In this document: positions 1 through 8,574 of the stretch, piece after piece | How the letters are laid out: each line of letters starts with the position of its first letter | Numbering within the stretch: position 1 is the stretch's first letter | NCBI GenBank assembly: GCA_041906885.1 | Contig: JAYRII010000012.1 | Span: 94,955-158,954, forward strand | Source of the DNA: Candidatus Saccharimonadia bacterium | GTDB taxonomy: Bacteria; Patescibacteriota; Saccharimonadia; CAILAD01; CAZGYV01 | Length of the DNA stretch: 64,000 nucleotides | Direction: 5' to 3' | Position numbers and translations under genes: made by a program | The notes under the pieces: model-generated | What the model was told of the DNA's origin: nothing | Database searches by the model: none | What the model saw: only the letters and a program-made list of their open reading frames with translations

Positions 1-441
1 CCAGAGGATTTGCCTTCACCCACGAAAAGTAAATCATCCAGCTCAACAGATCAAGCTGGCGGTGGTGCTGTTGGAAAAATTATCGAAGGCCATTTTGACG
101 GTCAGAATATGATTGGGCCGAATGATAAGACGTACCCTGTGCCGGCAAACTACGCCTCAAAATCTAAACTAGTCGAAGGTGATACCCTGAAGCTGACAAT
201 AGCCGAAGACGGATCATTTATATATAAGCAAATTGGTCCAGTTGAGCGTAAGAAACTAATCGGTAAAATTGTCCTAGATGATGGCCAGTATATGGTTGAG
301 GCTGGTGGTAAAAAGTATCATGTCTTGTTTGCTAGTGTGACGTATTTCAAGGCCAGTCCTGGTGATGAGGTTACTATTGTGGTGCCAGCCGACGGAAGTG
401 CAAAATGGGCAGCAATTGAAGCTGTAATTGGTGCTGAATAG
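1..441 (+). CDS. hypothetical protein, 5'-partial (frame open to window start; TTG at 10 is probably not the true start)
   Basis: ORF track 10..441; reading frame continues to position 1; no recognisable motif. Confidence 0.35.
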   Translation, partial: PEDLPSPTKSKSSSSTDQAGGGAVGKIIEGHFDGQNMIGPNDKTYPVPANYASKSKLVEGDTLKLTIAEDGSFIYKQIGPVERKKLIGKIVLDDGQYMVEAGGKKYHVLFASVTYFKASPGDEVTIVVPADGSAKWAAIEAVIGAE

Positions 442-481
442 TAATTGTCTAAAGCAATATGAAATTTGTCAGAGCTAGAGA

Positions 482-967
482 ATGGGGTTGATGTTTCTAT
501 TTTTGTTTACGCTCGTATTATGTTTTGGTATTGCTGTGTTTCGAGGGGCGCCATACCTACCAACTTTTTCGCGCGATATCGAAGAAATCATCAACCAATG
601 CAACCTCAAGGCTGGCGACAGATTAGTTGATCTCGGTAGTGGTGATGGTAAGGTACTGGTGGCCGCTGCCAAGCGGGGTATTCACGCAACAGGCTATGAG
701 ATTAATCCAATTTTGTGGCTAATTTCTTCAGTCAGACTATGGCCATATCGCGAAATTGCCTCAGTTCGTCTGGCAAGTATGTGGCGAGCTGATGTGGTCA
801 AGGCTGATGTAGTTTTTATCTTTTTACTTGATCGACTGATGTCCAAAATGGAAAAAAAATTGAGTGCTGAGATGGGTCATGGGTCAATCGTGGCTTCATA
901 TGTGTTTAAATTCTCCAGTAGAAAAGAGATTTGGAAAACCCGGAATGCTTATGGTTATAAATTTTGA
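482..967 (+). CDS. small class I SAM-dependent methyltransferase with N-terminal hydrophobic segment
   Basis: motif-I-like LVDLGSGDGKVL following a hydrophobic N-terminus. Confidence 0.5.
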   Translation: MGLMFLFLFTLVLCFGIAVFRGAPYLPTFSRDIEEIINQCNLKAGDRLVDLGSGDGKVLVAAAKRGIHATGYEINPILWLISSVRLWPYREIASVRLASMWRADVVKADVVFIFLLDRLMSKMEKKLSAEMGHGSIVASYVFKFSSRKEIWKTRNAYGYKF

Positions 968-1029
968 CTTTAAGGCCTGATAAAACTTAAAATAATATTA
1001 AGTTGATAGTTATGAGAAGGGAGTTGAAG

Positions 1030-1626
1030 ATGGAAGTAAAACCTCTAAAATATAAAAAGCTAGCTGGTCTGAGCCAACGTCAGCTAGCCGAACATCATGA
1101 TGTTCTGTATGCTGGTTATATCAAAAAATACAATGAGATTGTTGAAAAATTAGACTCGGTCGACTATTCTCAGGCCAACGCTACTTATTCTGAGATCCGC
1201 GAGCTTTCACTCGAGAAAGGATTTGCCCTCAATGGTGTTAAGTTGCACGAATATTATTTTGACAACCTGACAGATAAACCAAAAAATATTGATGGGCCGA
1301 TCAAACAACTGATCGAGATGCGATGGGGGAGTGTGGCGGCCTGGTCGGAAGAATTTGCGGCACTCGGAGTCGCCTCGCGCGGCTGGGTGGTATTGAGTTG
1401 GGATTTTGATCTTGATCGGCTCGACAACGTGCTGTGCGATGTTCATAATCAGGGTGGAATCTGGAATGGCACGACCATACTGGTGATGGATGTTTATGAG
1501 CATGCTTATTTCTTGGATTATGGCGTTAAGCGCAAGGATTATATAGAAGCATTTATGTCGGCTATCGATTGGGAAATTGTTAATGCCCGCTTACCAAAAT
1601 GGGTTATAGAAAAATATACTAAATAA
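1030..1626 (+). CDS. sodA: Fe/Mn superoxide dismutase
   Basis: N-terminal HH...H pattern and C-terminal DVYEHAYFLDY (SOD DVWEHAYY signature); AAGGGAG RBS before ATG at 1030 (track ORF starts 1003). Confidence 0.85.
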   Translation: MEVKPLKYKKLAGLSQRQLAEHHDVLYAGYIKKYNEIVEKLDSVDYSQANATYSEIRELSLEKGFALNGVKLHEYYFDNLTDKPKNIDGPIKQLIEMRWGSVAAWSEEFAALGVASRGWVVLSWDFDLDRLDNVLCDVHNQGGIWNGTTILVMDVYEHAYFLDYGVKRKDYIEAFMSAIDWEIVNARLPKWVIEKYTK

Positions 1627-1637
1627 GGAGAAAAATT

Positions 1638-2165
1638 ATGTTAACTTTAGGAAAAAAAGCCCCAGATTTCAAAAATCCAGCTTATCAAAAGGGGATTAAA
1701 GGTGATTTTCGAGAAATCAGCCTCTCAGATTATAAAGGCAAATGGCTGGTGTTGTTTTTTTACCCGCGTGATTTTACCTTCGTCTGTCCGACAGAAATTG
1801 AGGGTTTTGCTCGTCACGAGGCTGAATTTAATAAGGCAGGTTGCGAAATTGTAGCAGCTTCAACTGATAGTGTTCATTCGCATAAAGCATGGTTTGAGCG
1901 TGATCTCAAGACGGTAGCTTATCCTATTTTGGCCGATACGACACATCAGTTATCCAAAGATTACGGCGTGTTAAATACATCCGATGGAACAGCAGAACGC
2001 GGCACTTTTATCATAGATCCAGAAGGCGATTTGCGATATATCTTAGTTTCTGATGGTAATGTCGGTCGTAGTATCGAGGAAACTCTGCGGGTCGTTAAAG
2101 CGTTACAAACCGGTGGACTATGTCCGGTAGATTGGCAGCCGGGCCAGGCTAATTTACAAGGGTAG
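1638..2165 (+). CDS. 2-Cys peroxiredoxin (AhpC/Prx family)
   Basis: FTFVCPTE peroxidatic Cys motif, thioredoxin-like; resolving Cys near C-terminus (GGLCPVDW). Confidence 0.85.
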   Translation: MLTLGKKAPDFKNPAYQKGIKGDFREISLSDYKGKWLVLFFYPRDFTFVCPTEIEGFARHEAEFNKAGCEIVAASTDSVHSHKAWFERDLKTVAYPILADTTHQLSKDYGVLNTSDGTAERGTFIIDPEGDLRYILVSDGNVGRSIEETLRVVKALQTGGLCPVDWQPGQANLQG

Positions 2166-2240
2166 AAAGCTGCAAGCCCTTCTGCTTAAAGGATTTTTGA
2201 TTTGCCAAAAGCATGACTTTTATATGATAATGTAAATTAA

Positions 2241-3041
2241 ATGGATTCAAGCCAAAATAACAATCAGAGCCAGCCTCAATATAAACCGCCTGACAGCACG
2301 ACCCAATACCAACCGCAGACATCTGGATTTCAACCAAGCGATCTAAGTGGTCAGCCGATTGGTGTTTCGTCGCGTGGCAACCCCAATCAAGGTAAAACTT
2401 CAGCCGAGCAACTTAAGCGCAATAAGATTTTGCTAATTATCGTGTCCTCGATCGCTGGTGTGCTCTTTGTGGCCTGTCTTGTATTAACGTATTTTGCCAC
2501 AATTAATCAGGGTAAGCTTAATGCCGAGTACAAAAAAGGCCAATCAGATGGCAAGGTTACTCAAAGGACGGCCGACAATGAAGAGTACGCTAATAAGCTC
2601 AATAGTGAGTTCACTACCTATAAAGCACGCGAAGAAGATGGTAGCTTTGAGGTCAGTTTTCCTAAGTATTGGAGCATCTCAACCAACTCATCAGGCCAAG
2701 ACCAGTTGCTGGCCTATGCTCATCCCGACAAGGTTGATATGACGACCGGTGTCTATGCGTTGCGTTTTACACTCAAAAAGGCGGGAGTAGAAGAAACCCG
2801 TAAAACTTGGGATCAGATGGTAAAAAATAAAAAACAACATCTCAGTATGGAGGCAGTCACAATACCTGGTAATATCCAGGGTTATAAATACACTGGCTTG
2901 CTGGATCAGAAAGCTAAAAATAATGGGACCGCCATTATTGTTCCGGTCAGAGATAAGACCTTGGTCTTCCAGACCGACAAGAACGATGGATATCTGGATA
3001 TGTTCAATAAGATTATTGCTCAGGTAAAAATCTACCCTTAA
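2241..3041 (+). CDS. hypothetical membrane-anchored protein with Q/P-rich disordered N-terminus
   Basis: low-complexity N-terminus, one TM helix (LLIIVSSIAGVLFVACLVLTYF). Confidence 0.4.
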   Translation: MDSSQNNNQSQPQYKPPDSTTQYQPQTSGFQPSDLSGQPIGVSSRGNPNQGKTSAEQLKRNKILLIIVSSIAGVLFVACLVLTYFATINQGKLNAEYKKGQSDGKVTQRTADNEEYANKLNSEFTTYKAREEDGSFEVSFPKYWSISTNSSGQDQLLAYAHPDKVDMTTGVYALRFTLKKAGVEETRKTWDQMVKNKKQHLSMEAVTIPGNIQGYKYTGLLDQKAKNNGTAIIVPVRDKTLVFQTDKNDGYLDMFNKIIAQVKIYP

Positions 3042-3050
3042 AATTGCACT

Positions 3051-3836
3051 ATGAAGCGGCCGAGTAAATGGCACCAGTTCTACTCAAGCAGGGCTTTTCC
3101 CGTCTTGTTGCTGGTATTTTTTGTTTTGGCACTGACTTGTGCTGTCTTTTGGTGGTATAAGTATCGTTGGAATATTCCATTACTCCATCCATCTGCTACA
3201 CCAACTCCATCAACCCAAGCAAGCTTGTATACACTGGCAATTACCACATCGGCCTCTCAAATGAATGCTTCAAACGACTACGGCTCTGGTGTAGAGCTAA
3301 CCTTTGAGCTGCGTGATGCCAATGGGGGTAAGGTTAGAGCCGAAGGCAGCCGGATTGTTATTTTGAGTAGCGATGCGGCGGCCTCGAGCTTTGAATCTGG
3401 CGATACAGTTACGATTAATGACGGAGACTACGGCGCCTCGACCCGTTATAAATCGACTAAGGCCGGCGTTTCGACAATTACTGCCGTGGTTGGTGATATT
3501 AAGCCCGCTACGGCTAGAATACTAACGATAGCTGGTCACGCTTCAGGCTTATCACCGATAAGTCTCCGTGGCTCAGCTGATATTCACGAGCTCAAGAGCC
3601 AGATGGAATATAGCTTCGAGGCTAGTGTTGTTGATAGCTTTGGCAATGTAGTCGAAAGCCCATCTTTGGTAAATTGGCAGGTGTTATCTGATCCGACGGT
3701 TTATCCAGTCAAGACTGATGTCAAAGGCAAGTCAATTTTTAACTACGTTTTTGGTGGTGATCAGTCGCGCTCTGAGATAATAAGGGCTAGTGCTGGCAGT
3801 GGCCATCAAGATTATCCGGTGACCATCGTCCAGTAA
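3051..3836 (+). CDS. hypothetical membrane-anchored extracytoplasmic protein (Ig-like/Big-type repeats suspected)
   Basis: N-terminal TM, T/S-rich linker, beta-rich repeats. Confidence 0.35.
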   Translation: MKRPSKWHQFYSSRAFPVLLLVFFVLALTCAVFWWYKYRWNIPLLHPSATPTPSTQASLYTLAITTSASQMNASNDYGSGVELTFELRDANGGKVRAEGSRIVILSSDAAASSFESGDTVTINDGDYGASTRYKSTKAGVSTITAVVGDIKPATARILTIAGHASGLSPISLRGSADIHELKSQMEYSFEASVVDSFGNVVESPSLVNWQVLSDPTVYPVKTDVKGKSIFNYVFGGDQSRSEIIRASAGSGHQDYPVTIVQ

Positions 3837-3900
3837 ATAACGATTGCCTTAATACTTAAGCTTGTGCTAAGCGCGTAAAAACTATAATTTAGTTGATAGG

Positions 3901-4674
3901 ATGAGGGTGAGAACTGAGACAAGCAATGAAATATCGGCGAGTGAGCTGCAAGAGCTAGTATTGCTGCTCTTGCATCATGCAAAAAGCCCATTGGTGGCTG
4001 TTAGTGGCTTTATCGATATGGCTAAGAGCGAACCAGCTGATCGTTCCACCGCTCACCCAGCTATCAATCAGAAGCTTCTACGTTACGCCAGGCTGAGTGC
4101 CGAGAGGGCTTTGACTCTGATCGATACCATTTCGACAATTACATCTCTGAGTATCAATGGCAATAGTGCTGTCATTATGCCAACCAGACTAGATCTGGCT
4201 CTTAAAAATTCTTTACTAAATTATCAAGCCAGCCAGGATCAAAAGCAGCTTATCTGTAGCATTCGTCGCAGCTATAAATTGCCCATGGTACTGGCAAATC
4301 AACCCAAACTCGAGGAGTCACTGCGACTCTTGGCACACATTTTTTTAAGCGCCGGCCCGAGTAAGCAGGAAAAACTCAATATCGGCTTTCGGACTCGAGG
4401 TGATTATCTGGTGATGCGCTTATCTTCGGCTGCACTAGCGAGTGCTCTGGCTGATGTCAGAAAAGTTTTTTATAAGAAGATTCAACTAACTCGACTAGCC
4501 ACCGAGCATAATTGCGAAGCGGTTGTGCAAGCCTACATCATCAGGCGCAATATTGAGCTGGCTGGCGGGTTCGTCAAGGTTGAAGCCAAGCGGGGCGCAC
4601 TGACCAGTATGTATATTCATTTGCCACTTAGTCGACAATTACAACTCGAGGGTTGCTTGGAGAGGCAGGAGTAG
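3901..4674 (+). CDS. HisKA/DHp-like domain protein, possible degenerate sensor kinase lacking recognisable ATPase boxes
   Basis: H-box-like LLHHAKSPLVAVSGF; no N/G1/G2 boxes seen; immediately followed by a receiver gene. Confidence 0.35.
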   Translation: MRVRTETSNEISASELQELVLLLLHHAKSPLVAVSGFIDMAKSEPADRSTAHPAINQKLLRYARLSAERALTLIDTISTITSLSINGNSAVIMPTRLDLALKNSLLNYQASQDQKQLICSIRRSYKLPMVLANQPKLEESLRLLAHIFLSAGPSKQEKLNIGFRTRGDYLVMRLSSAALASALADVRKVFYKKIQLTRLATEHNCEAVVQAYIIRRNIELAGGFVKVEAKRGALTSMYIHLPLSRQLQLEGCLERQE

Positions 4675-4723
4675 GGTAGGCTTAAGTTAGTACCGAGGAA
4701 TATTTTAGAAGGAGGGTAATTGG

Positions 4724-5110
4724 TTGGCTCAACCCACCATATTGTTAGTCGAGGACGACGAGACCTTGGCCGCGATGTATCAGCTCAAGTTGGAAGCAGC
4801 CGGCTATAAGGCTGACGTGGTGCATTCTGGAGCGGCTTGTTTGGCCTATATTGATCGCAAGAAACCCAGCTTGATTTTGTTGGATATACTTTTGCCGAAG
4901 CTAAACGGCTTTCAGGTCTTAAAAGAGCTACGCAAAATCAAATCTATGGCTCAAACGCCAGTCATCATCCTGACCAACTTGGTCGAGGCCGATGTCAGTA
5001 TGAGCCAAGAGCTGGCCAGTAGTCTCGGTGTAGTTGATTATTTGGTTAAGTCTAAGGTGACACCAAATGAGGTGGTGGCCAGGGTCAACTTGGCAATTGG
5101 TGGCAAGTAA
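4724..5110 (+). CDS. single-domain response regulator receiver (CheY-like)
   Basis: LLVEDDE...LILLDILLP...K pattern typical of REC domains. Confidence 0.8.
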   Translation: MAQPTILLVEDDETLAAMYQLKLEAAGYKADVVHSGAACLAYIDRKKPSLILLDILLPKLNGFQVLKELRKIKSMAQTPVIILTNLVEADVSMSQELASSLGVVDYLVKSKVTPNEVVARVNLAIGGK

Positions 5111-5139
5111 ATGATGATAATAGCAACAGGCAGCTAGGC

Positions 5140-5856
5140 GTGAGAGCTAGGAATTATAGGGCGCGTGGCTTGGTCATTAAGAGGCACAATCTGGGTGAGG
5201 CCGACCGGATATTGACGGTTTTTACGAGTGAGCTGGGCAAGTTGCGGGTAGTCGCTAAAGGTGTGCGTCGAGGTCGTAGCAAGCTGGCTGGCCACCTAGA
5301 GCCGTTTGTCGAGACAGAGCTTCAGTTGGCGCGTGGTCGCAACCTGGATGTGGTGACAGGCGCGCGCGGGCAGCGCTACTACTTAATCAATCAAGATAGC
5401 CTGGAGACTATCACGACGGCTTATTTGTGCCTAGAGGTTATCGACCGACTGATGGCTGACGAGCAGGCGAGCGAGCCTGTCTACGCGCTGGCCGGTGAAG
5501 TCTTAGCGAGGCTAGAGAGCGGTGTAAATTACCTGCTAGCGCGGCACTATTTCTTCGTCAAGTTTTTATACTTGACTGGCCAACAGCCTAATATGGAAGC
5601 GCGTGATGGGGCAAGTGAATATTTCTTGAATTTTGATGCCGGAGTAATCAGCGGCCAGGTCCAAGAGGGACAAGAGGCCAGGCCGATAGCTAGAGAGATT
5701 ATTAAGCTGTGGCGACTCATCTACGGTAATGATCTAGCCCAGATCAGCCGCTTGGGTGGGGTGGAGCGACATTTGGCGGCCGCCCAGGAGCTGATTGAGC
5801 TCTTCTATGATTACCACCTGCATACTCGCTTCAGGTCGGAGAAGATATTGGGGTAG
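5140..5856 (+). CDS. recO: DNA repair protein RecO
   Basis: N-terminal OB-fold signature GLVIKRHNLGEADRILTVFT, length 238 aa. Confidence 0.8.
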   Translation: MRARNYRARGLVIKRHNLGEADRILTVFTSELGKLRVVAKGVRRGRSKLAGHLEPFVETELQLARGRNLDVVTGARGQRYYLINQDSLETITTAYLCLEVIDRLMADEQASEPVYALAGEVLARLESGVNYLLARHYFFVKFLYLTGQQPNMEARDGASEYFLNFDAGVISGQVQEGQEARPIAREIIKLWRLIYGNDLAQISRLGGVERHLAAAQELIELFYDYHLHTRFRSEKILG

Positions 5857-5874
5857 GCTTTTTTAAGTTTTTAA

Positions 5875-5930
5875 CTACGTTTCGTCCTCATTAGGACTCA
5901 TCAGAACGACTATATAATTCGTTGACGTAG
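5875..5930 (-). ncRNA. hammerhead ribozyme, type III topology (open stem III)
   Basis: minus strand reads CUACGUC|AACGA-AUUAUAUAG-UCGUU-CUGAUGA-GUCC-UAAUGA-GGAC-GAA-ACGUAG: complete CUGAUGA and GAA core, GUC cleavage triplet, stem III CUACGU/ACGUAG (6 bp), stem I AACGA/UCGUU, stem II GUCC/GGAC. Confidence 0.8.
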
Positions 5931-5951
5931 CCCGCCCCTAAAAGGGGCGGG
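5931..5951. terminator. strong GC hairpin CCCGCCCC-uaaaa-GGGGCGGG abutting the ribozyme cleavage site; bidirectional hairpin between convergent recO and minus-strand ORF
   Basis: perfect 8-bp G/C stem; no clean U-tract, so probably an RNA 3'-end stabiliser rather than a classic intrinsic terminator. Confidence 0.45.
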
Positions 5952-6013
5952 TGCCACCCTAGATCATCTTGTGACCTCGGGTAGCTGGAGAAGAGAAGAA
6001 AGTCAGTGTGGCA

Positions 6014-6631
6014 TTATTTATGCCACCAGACTACCTCCTCGGGGGAGCCGGTGAACTCTCTCACCTCCTCGCGAACCGAGAAGCTCATTAGCTTCTCGGC
6101 GTGCCCATAGGCCAAGATTTGTGACCGGTTGAAGGCAATATATGCTTTGCCTTCAAAATCAGGTTTGACCGCATAGATAGGCCATTCAAAGCCTTTGTCC
6201 AGGTATTCGGACACGAAGAGCTCTGGGTCGAGCTCTTCTCCTGGGATTTTGGCTACTGATAGCCCCTCCGGGCTATCTTCGAACCACTCGATCCAACCGT
6301 TGCTTGAGTCTCCGAGAGCGAATGGCTTTCCATTCGCTACGGTAAATAGCACCCCTTCGACCCTATCTGTGCCGGTGGGGGTTGCTGCATATTCATGCAG
6401 CAACTCGATAGCCTCCTCCTTCGAGCGCACTATGTACGCATAAGAGTAGTCTTTTCCAAAAGCTACTTCGTTGAATCGGTCGGTTATTACCAGGTATGCC
6501 TGGTCTTCCATCTTCCCTCCAGGGAAGTCGTCCTCCGAGTACTCATTATTCCTCGAAGGTGGGTCATGGTGGCCACTTCTGGAGTGACCTTTCGTTTCCG
6601 CTTTTTTTTGACCCATTCGGACCTGATACAC
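6014..6631 (-). CDS. hypothetical protein (GC-richer than neighbours; His/Lys-rich N-terminus)
   Basis: 205-aa ORF; alternative ATG at 6616 (MGQKK...); no recognisable motif. Confidence 0.5.
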   Translation of the reverse strand: MYQVRMGQKKAETKGHSRSGHHDPPSRNNEYSEDDFPGGKMEDQAYLVITDRFNEVAFGKDYSYAYIVRSKEEAIELLHEYAATPTGTDRVEGVLFTVANGKPFALGDSSNGWIEWFEDSPEGLSVAKIPGEELDPELFVSEYLDKGFEWPIYAVKPDFEGKAYIAFNRSQILAYGHAEKLMSFSVREEVREFTGSPEEVVWWHK

Positions 6632-6963
6632 CTGGCCAGGTTCTTTTTTCTTAACCCGTAGGTGACCTGGTAGGTGGTATCAGAAAACTCAAGGTGCCGA
6701 TCAGGTTTTTAACCCTCACAACGTCATACATATTACCATAAGTGAAATAATATGTCAATAGTTTTGTGCCAGTCTGGAATAGCTCTATGTCTCGACCATA
6801 AAGAAAGTAGTAGATCCCCTGCGCCCTCGAAAAACAGAAAGTCGAGTTAGGAATTTAGTTGATCCAGAAATACAGCTTTGAGCGGGAGCGAGTCTGTATT
6901 TCCAACTAAAATTCTAATGAGACACTTCTAGCTTTTGAGCCCTAGGCGCGAAAGAGGCTTTTG

Positions 6964-6990
6964 CTACTTTTGGCCGTAACCCAAAAGTAG
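6964..6990. other. perfect 10-bp-stem hairpin CTACTTTTGG-ccgtaac-CCAAAAGTAG
   Basis: seen directly in sequence, immediately upstream of repeat array. Confidence 0.6.
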
Positions 6991-6995
6991 AGAAG

Positions 6996-7144
6996 AGATC
7001 CTTCGGCTACGCTCAGGATGACAACGGGGGATATACGAATAGATCCTTCGACTGCGCTCAGGATGACACTTGGTGAGCTCAGGATGACGGGGCGGCTCAG
7101 GATGATGGAGGGTGAGAGATCCTTCGGCTACACTCAGGATGACA
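6996..7144. repeat. direct-repeat array: three 28-bp copies AGATCCTTCG(G/A)CT(A/G)C(G/A)CTCAGGATGACA (6996, 7041, 7117) plus two short copies GCTCAGGATGA(C/T) (7077, 7095)
   Basis: repeats read directly; irregular 45/36/18/22-bp spacing. Confidence 0.7.
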
Positions 7145-7161
7145 GGACGAGAGAATTTAAA

Positions 7162-7190
7162 ATGACAGACCAGATCATTTAAGGTATAAT
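7162..7190 (+). promoter_or_regulatory. sigma70-like promoter ATGACA-N17-TATAAT 10 nt upstream of glyQS ATG (near-leaderless)
   Basis: hexamers and 17-bp spacer seen in sequence. Confidence 0.4.
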
Positions 7191-7200
7191 ATGGCTCAAT

Positions 7201-8574
7201 ATGGCAGAAAATAAACCTGAAAAACAATCTCATATTTCAATGGAAGAGCTAACCAGCTTCGCCAAAAGGCGCGGCTTTGTCTTTCAAGCCAGTGAGCTTT
7301 ATGGCGGCATTGCCGGCTTCTGGGATCTCGGTCCGTATGGGGTCGAGCTGGCCAGTAATATCAAAAAAAGCTGGTGGCGCGAGTTTGTCTATAAAAACCC
7401 TGAAATTATCGGCCTTGATTCGACCATTATTCAAAACCCCAAGCTGTGGCAGGCCAGTGGTCACACCGATACCTTTGTCGATCCGATGATTGATTGTAAG
7501 GCCTGCAAGCACCGTTTTCGAGCAGATCACGTGGCTGGAGTTGACACAAGTGACCTGGCCAAGCTAGACAAGGCTCTAGCAGATAAAGCTTGTCCGAACT
7601 GTGGCAAGACCAAGACTTTCACTCCAGCTCGGACTTTCGGCATGATGTTTAAGACTTACGTCGGCCCGATCGAAGACGAAGCTGCCAAAAGCTATCTGCG
7701 CCCCGAAACGGCCGGGGGAATATTTACTGATTTCGAGCTAGTACGGGAGACGATGCGAGCCAAGCTGCCATTTGGTATCGCTCAGATTGGTAAGGCTTTT
7801 CGCAACGAGATCACGCCTGGAGATTTTATATTTCGAGTGCGTGAATTTGAGCAAATGGAGCTGGAGTACTTTGTCGACCCCAAGGAGGCGAAGAAATGGT
7901 ACGAAGACTGGAAGAAAGCTTGCATGGCTTGGTGTGAGTCGATTGGCCTCTCGAAGGAAAACCTGCAATTCCACGATCACGCTCCAGATGAAAAAGCACA
8001 TTATGCCGATGCCAGCGTCGATATCCAGTATCGCTATCCGTTTGGCTTCAAGGAGCTTTATGGTATCGCTAATCGAACTGACTTTGACCTCAAGGCCCAC
8101 GCCAAAGAGTCAGGCCGCGATTTGAGCTACTTTGATGAAGCCTCGGGCAAGCGTTTCGTGCCTTATGTAATTGAGCCGTCGGTTGGTGCCAGCCGGCTAA
8201 TGCTGGCGCTACTGCTCGACGCTTATGATGAGGAAGAGGTTAGCGGCGAGAAGCGGGTCGTACTACGATTTAAGCCAGAAATAGCTCCGGTCAAAGTAGC
8301 GATATTGCCATTATCAAAGAAGCCCGAGCTATCCAAGCTGGCGCACGAAGTTTATACGACAGTAGCAGGGGAGTACAATGTCGAATATGATGAGACCCAA
8401 TCGATTGGCCGGCGCTATCGCCGCGCCGACGAGATCGGCACACCGTATTGTGTGACAGTTGATTTTGAGAGTCTCGAGGATCAGGCTGTGACCGTGCGTG
8501 AACGTGACTCGATGAAACAAGTACGGATTAAAATCAACCAGCTCAAGGGATATCTTGCAACTAGATTGAACTAG
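7201..8574 (+). CDS. glyQS: glycyl-tRNA synthetase, alpha2 (GlyQS) type
   Basis: class II aaRS motifs, length 457 aa, N-terminal FQASELYGGIAGFWDLGPYG typical of dimeric GlyRS. Confidence 0.9.
   Translation: MAENKPEKQSHISMEELTSFAKRRGFVFQASELYGGIAGFWDLGPYGVELASNIKKSWWREFVYKNPEIIGLDSTIIQNPKLWQASGHTDTFVDPMIDCKACKHRFRADHVAGVDTSDLAKLDKALADKACPNCGKTKTFTPARTFGMMFKTYVGPIEDEAAKSYLRPETAGGIFTDFELVRETMRAKLPFGIAQIGKAFRNEITPGDFIFRVREFEQMELEYFVDPKEAKKWYEDWKKACMAWCESIGLSKENLQFHDHAPDEKAHYADASVDIQYRYPFGFKELYGIANRTDFDLKAHAKESGRDLSYFDEASGKRFVPYVIEPSVGASRLMLALLLDAYDEEEVSGEKRVVLRFKPEIAPVKVAILPLSKKPELSKLAHEVYTTVAGEYNVEYDETQSIGRRYRRADEIGTPYCVTVDFESLEDQAVTVRERDSMKQVRIKINQLKGYLATRLN

Noticed and set aside
6996-7144. 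Possible mini-CRISPR array
   Set aside because: Repeat lengths vary (28 vs 12 bp), spacers are only 6-17 bp and irregular, and there are no cas genes. It does not fit CRISPR architecture.
7150-7200. T-box leader upstream of glyQS (and of aspS, gltX)
   Set aside because: No AAUUAGGGUGGNACCGCG T-box sequence or specifier/antiterminator structure is seen. The glyQS ATG lies only 10 nt from a -10 hexamer.
6964-7233. 89-aa minus-strand ORF with repeated CHPERSRRI peptide units
   Set aside because: The peptide repeats are just the translation of the DNA direct-repeat array. It has no RBS and overlaps the glyQS promoter, so it is a spurious ORF.
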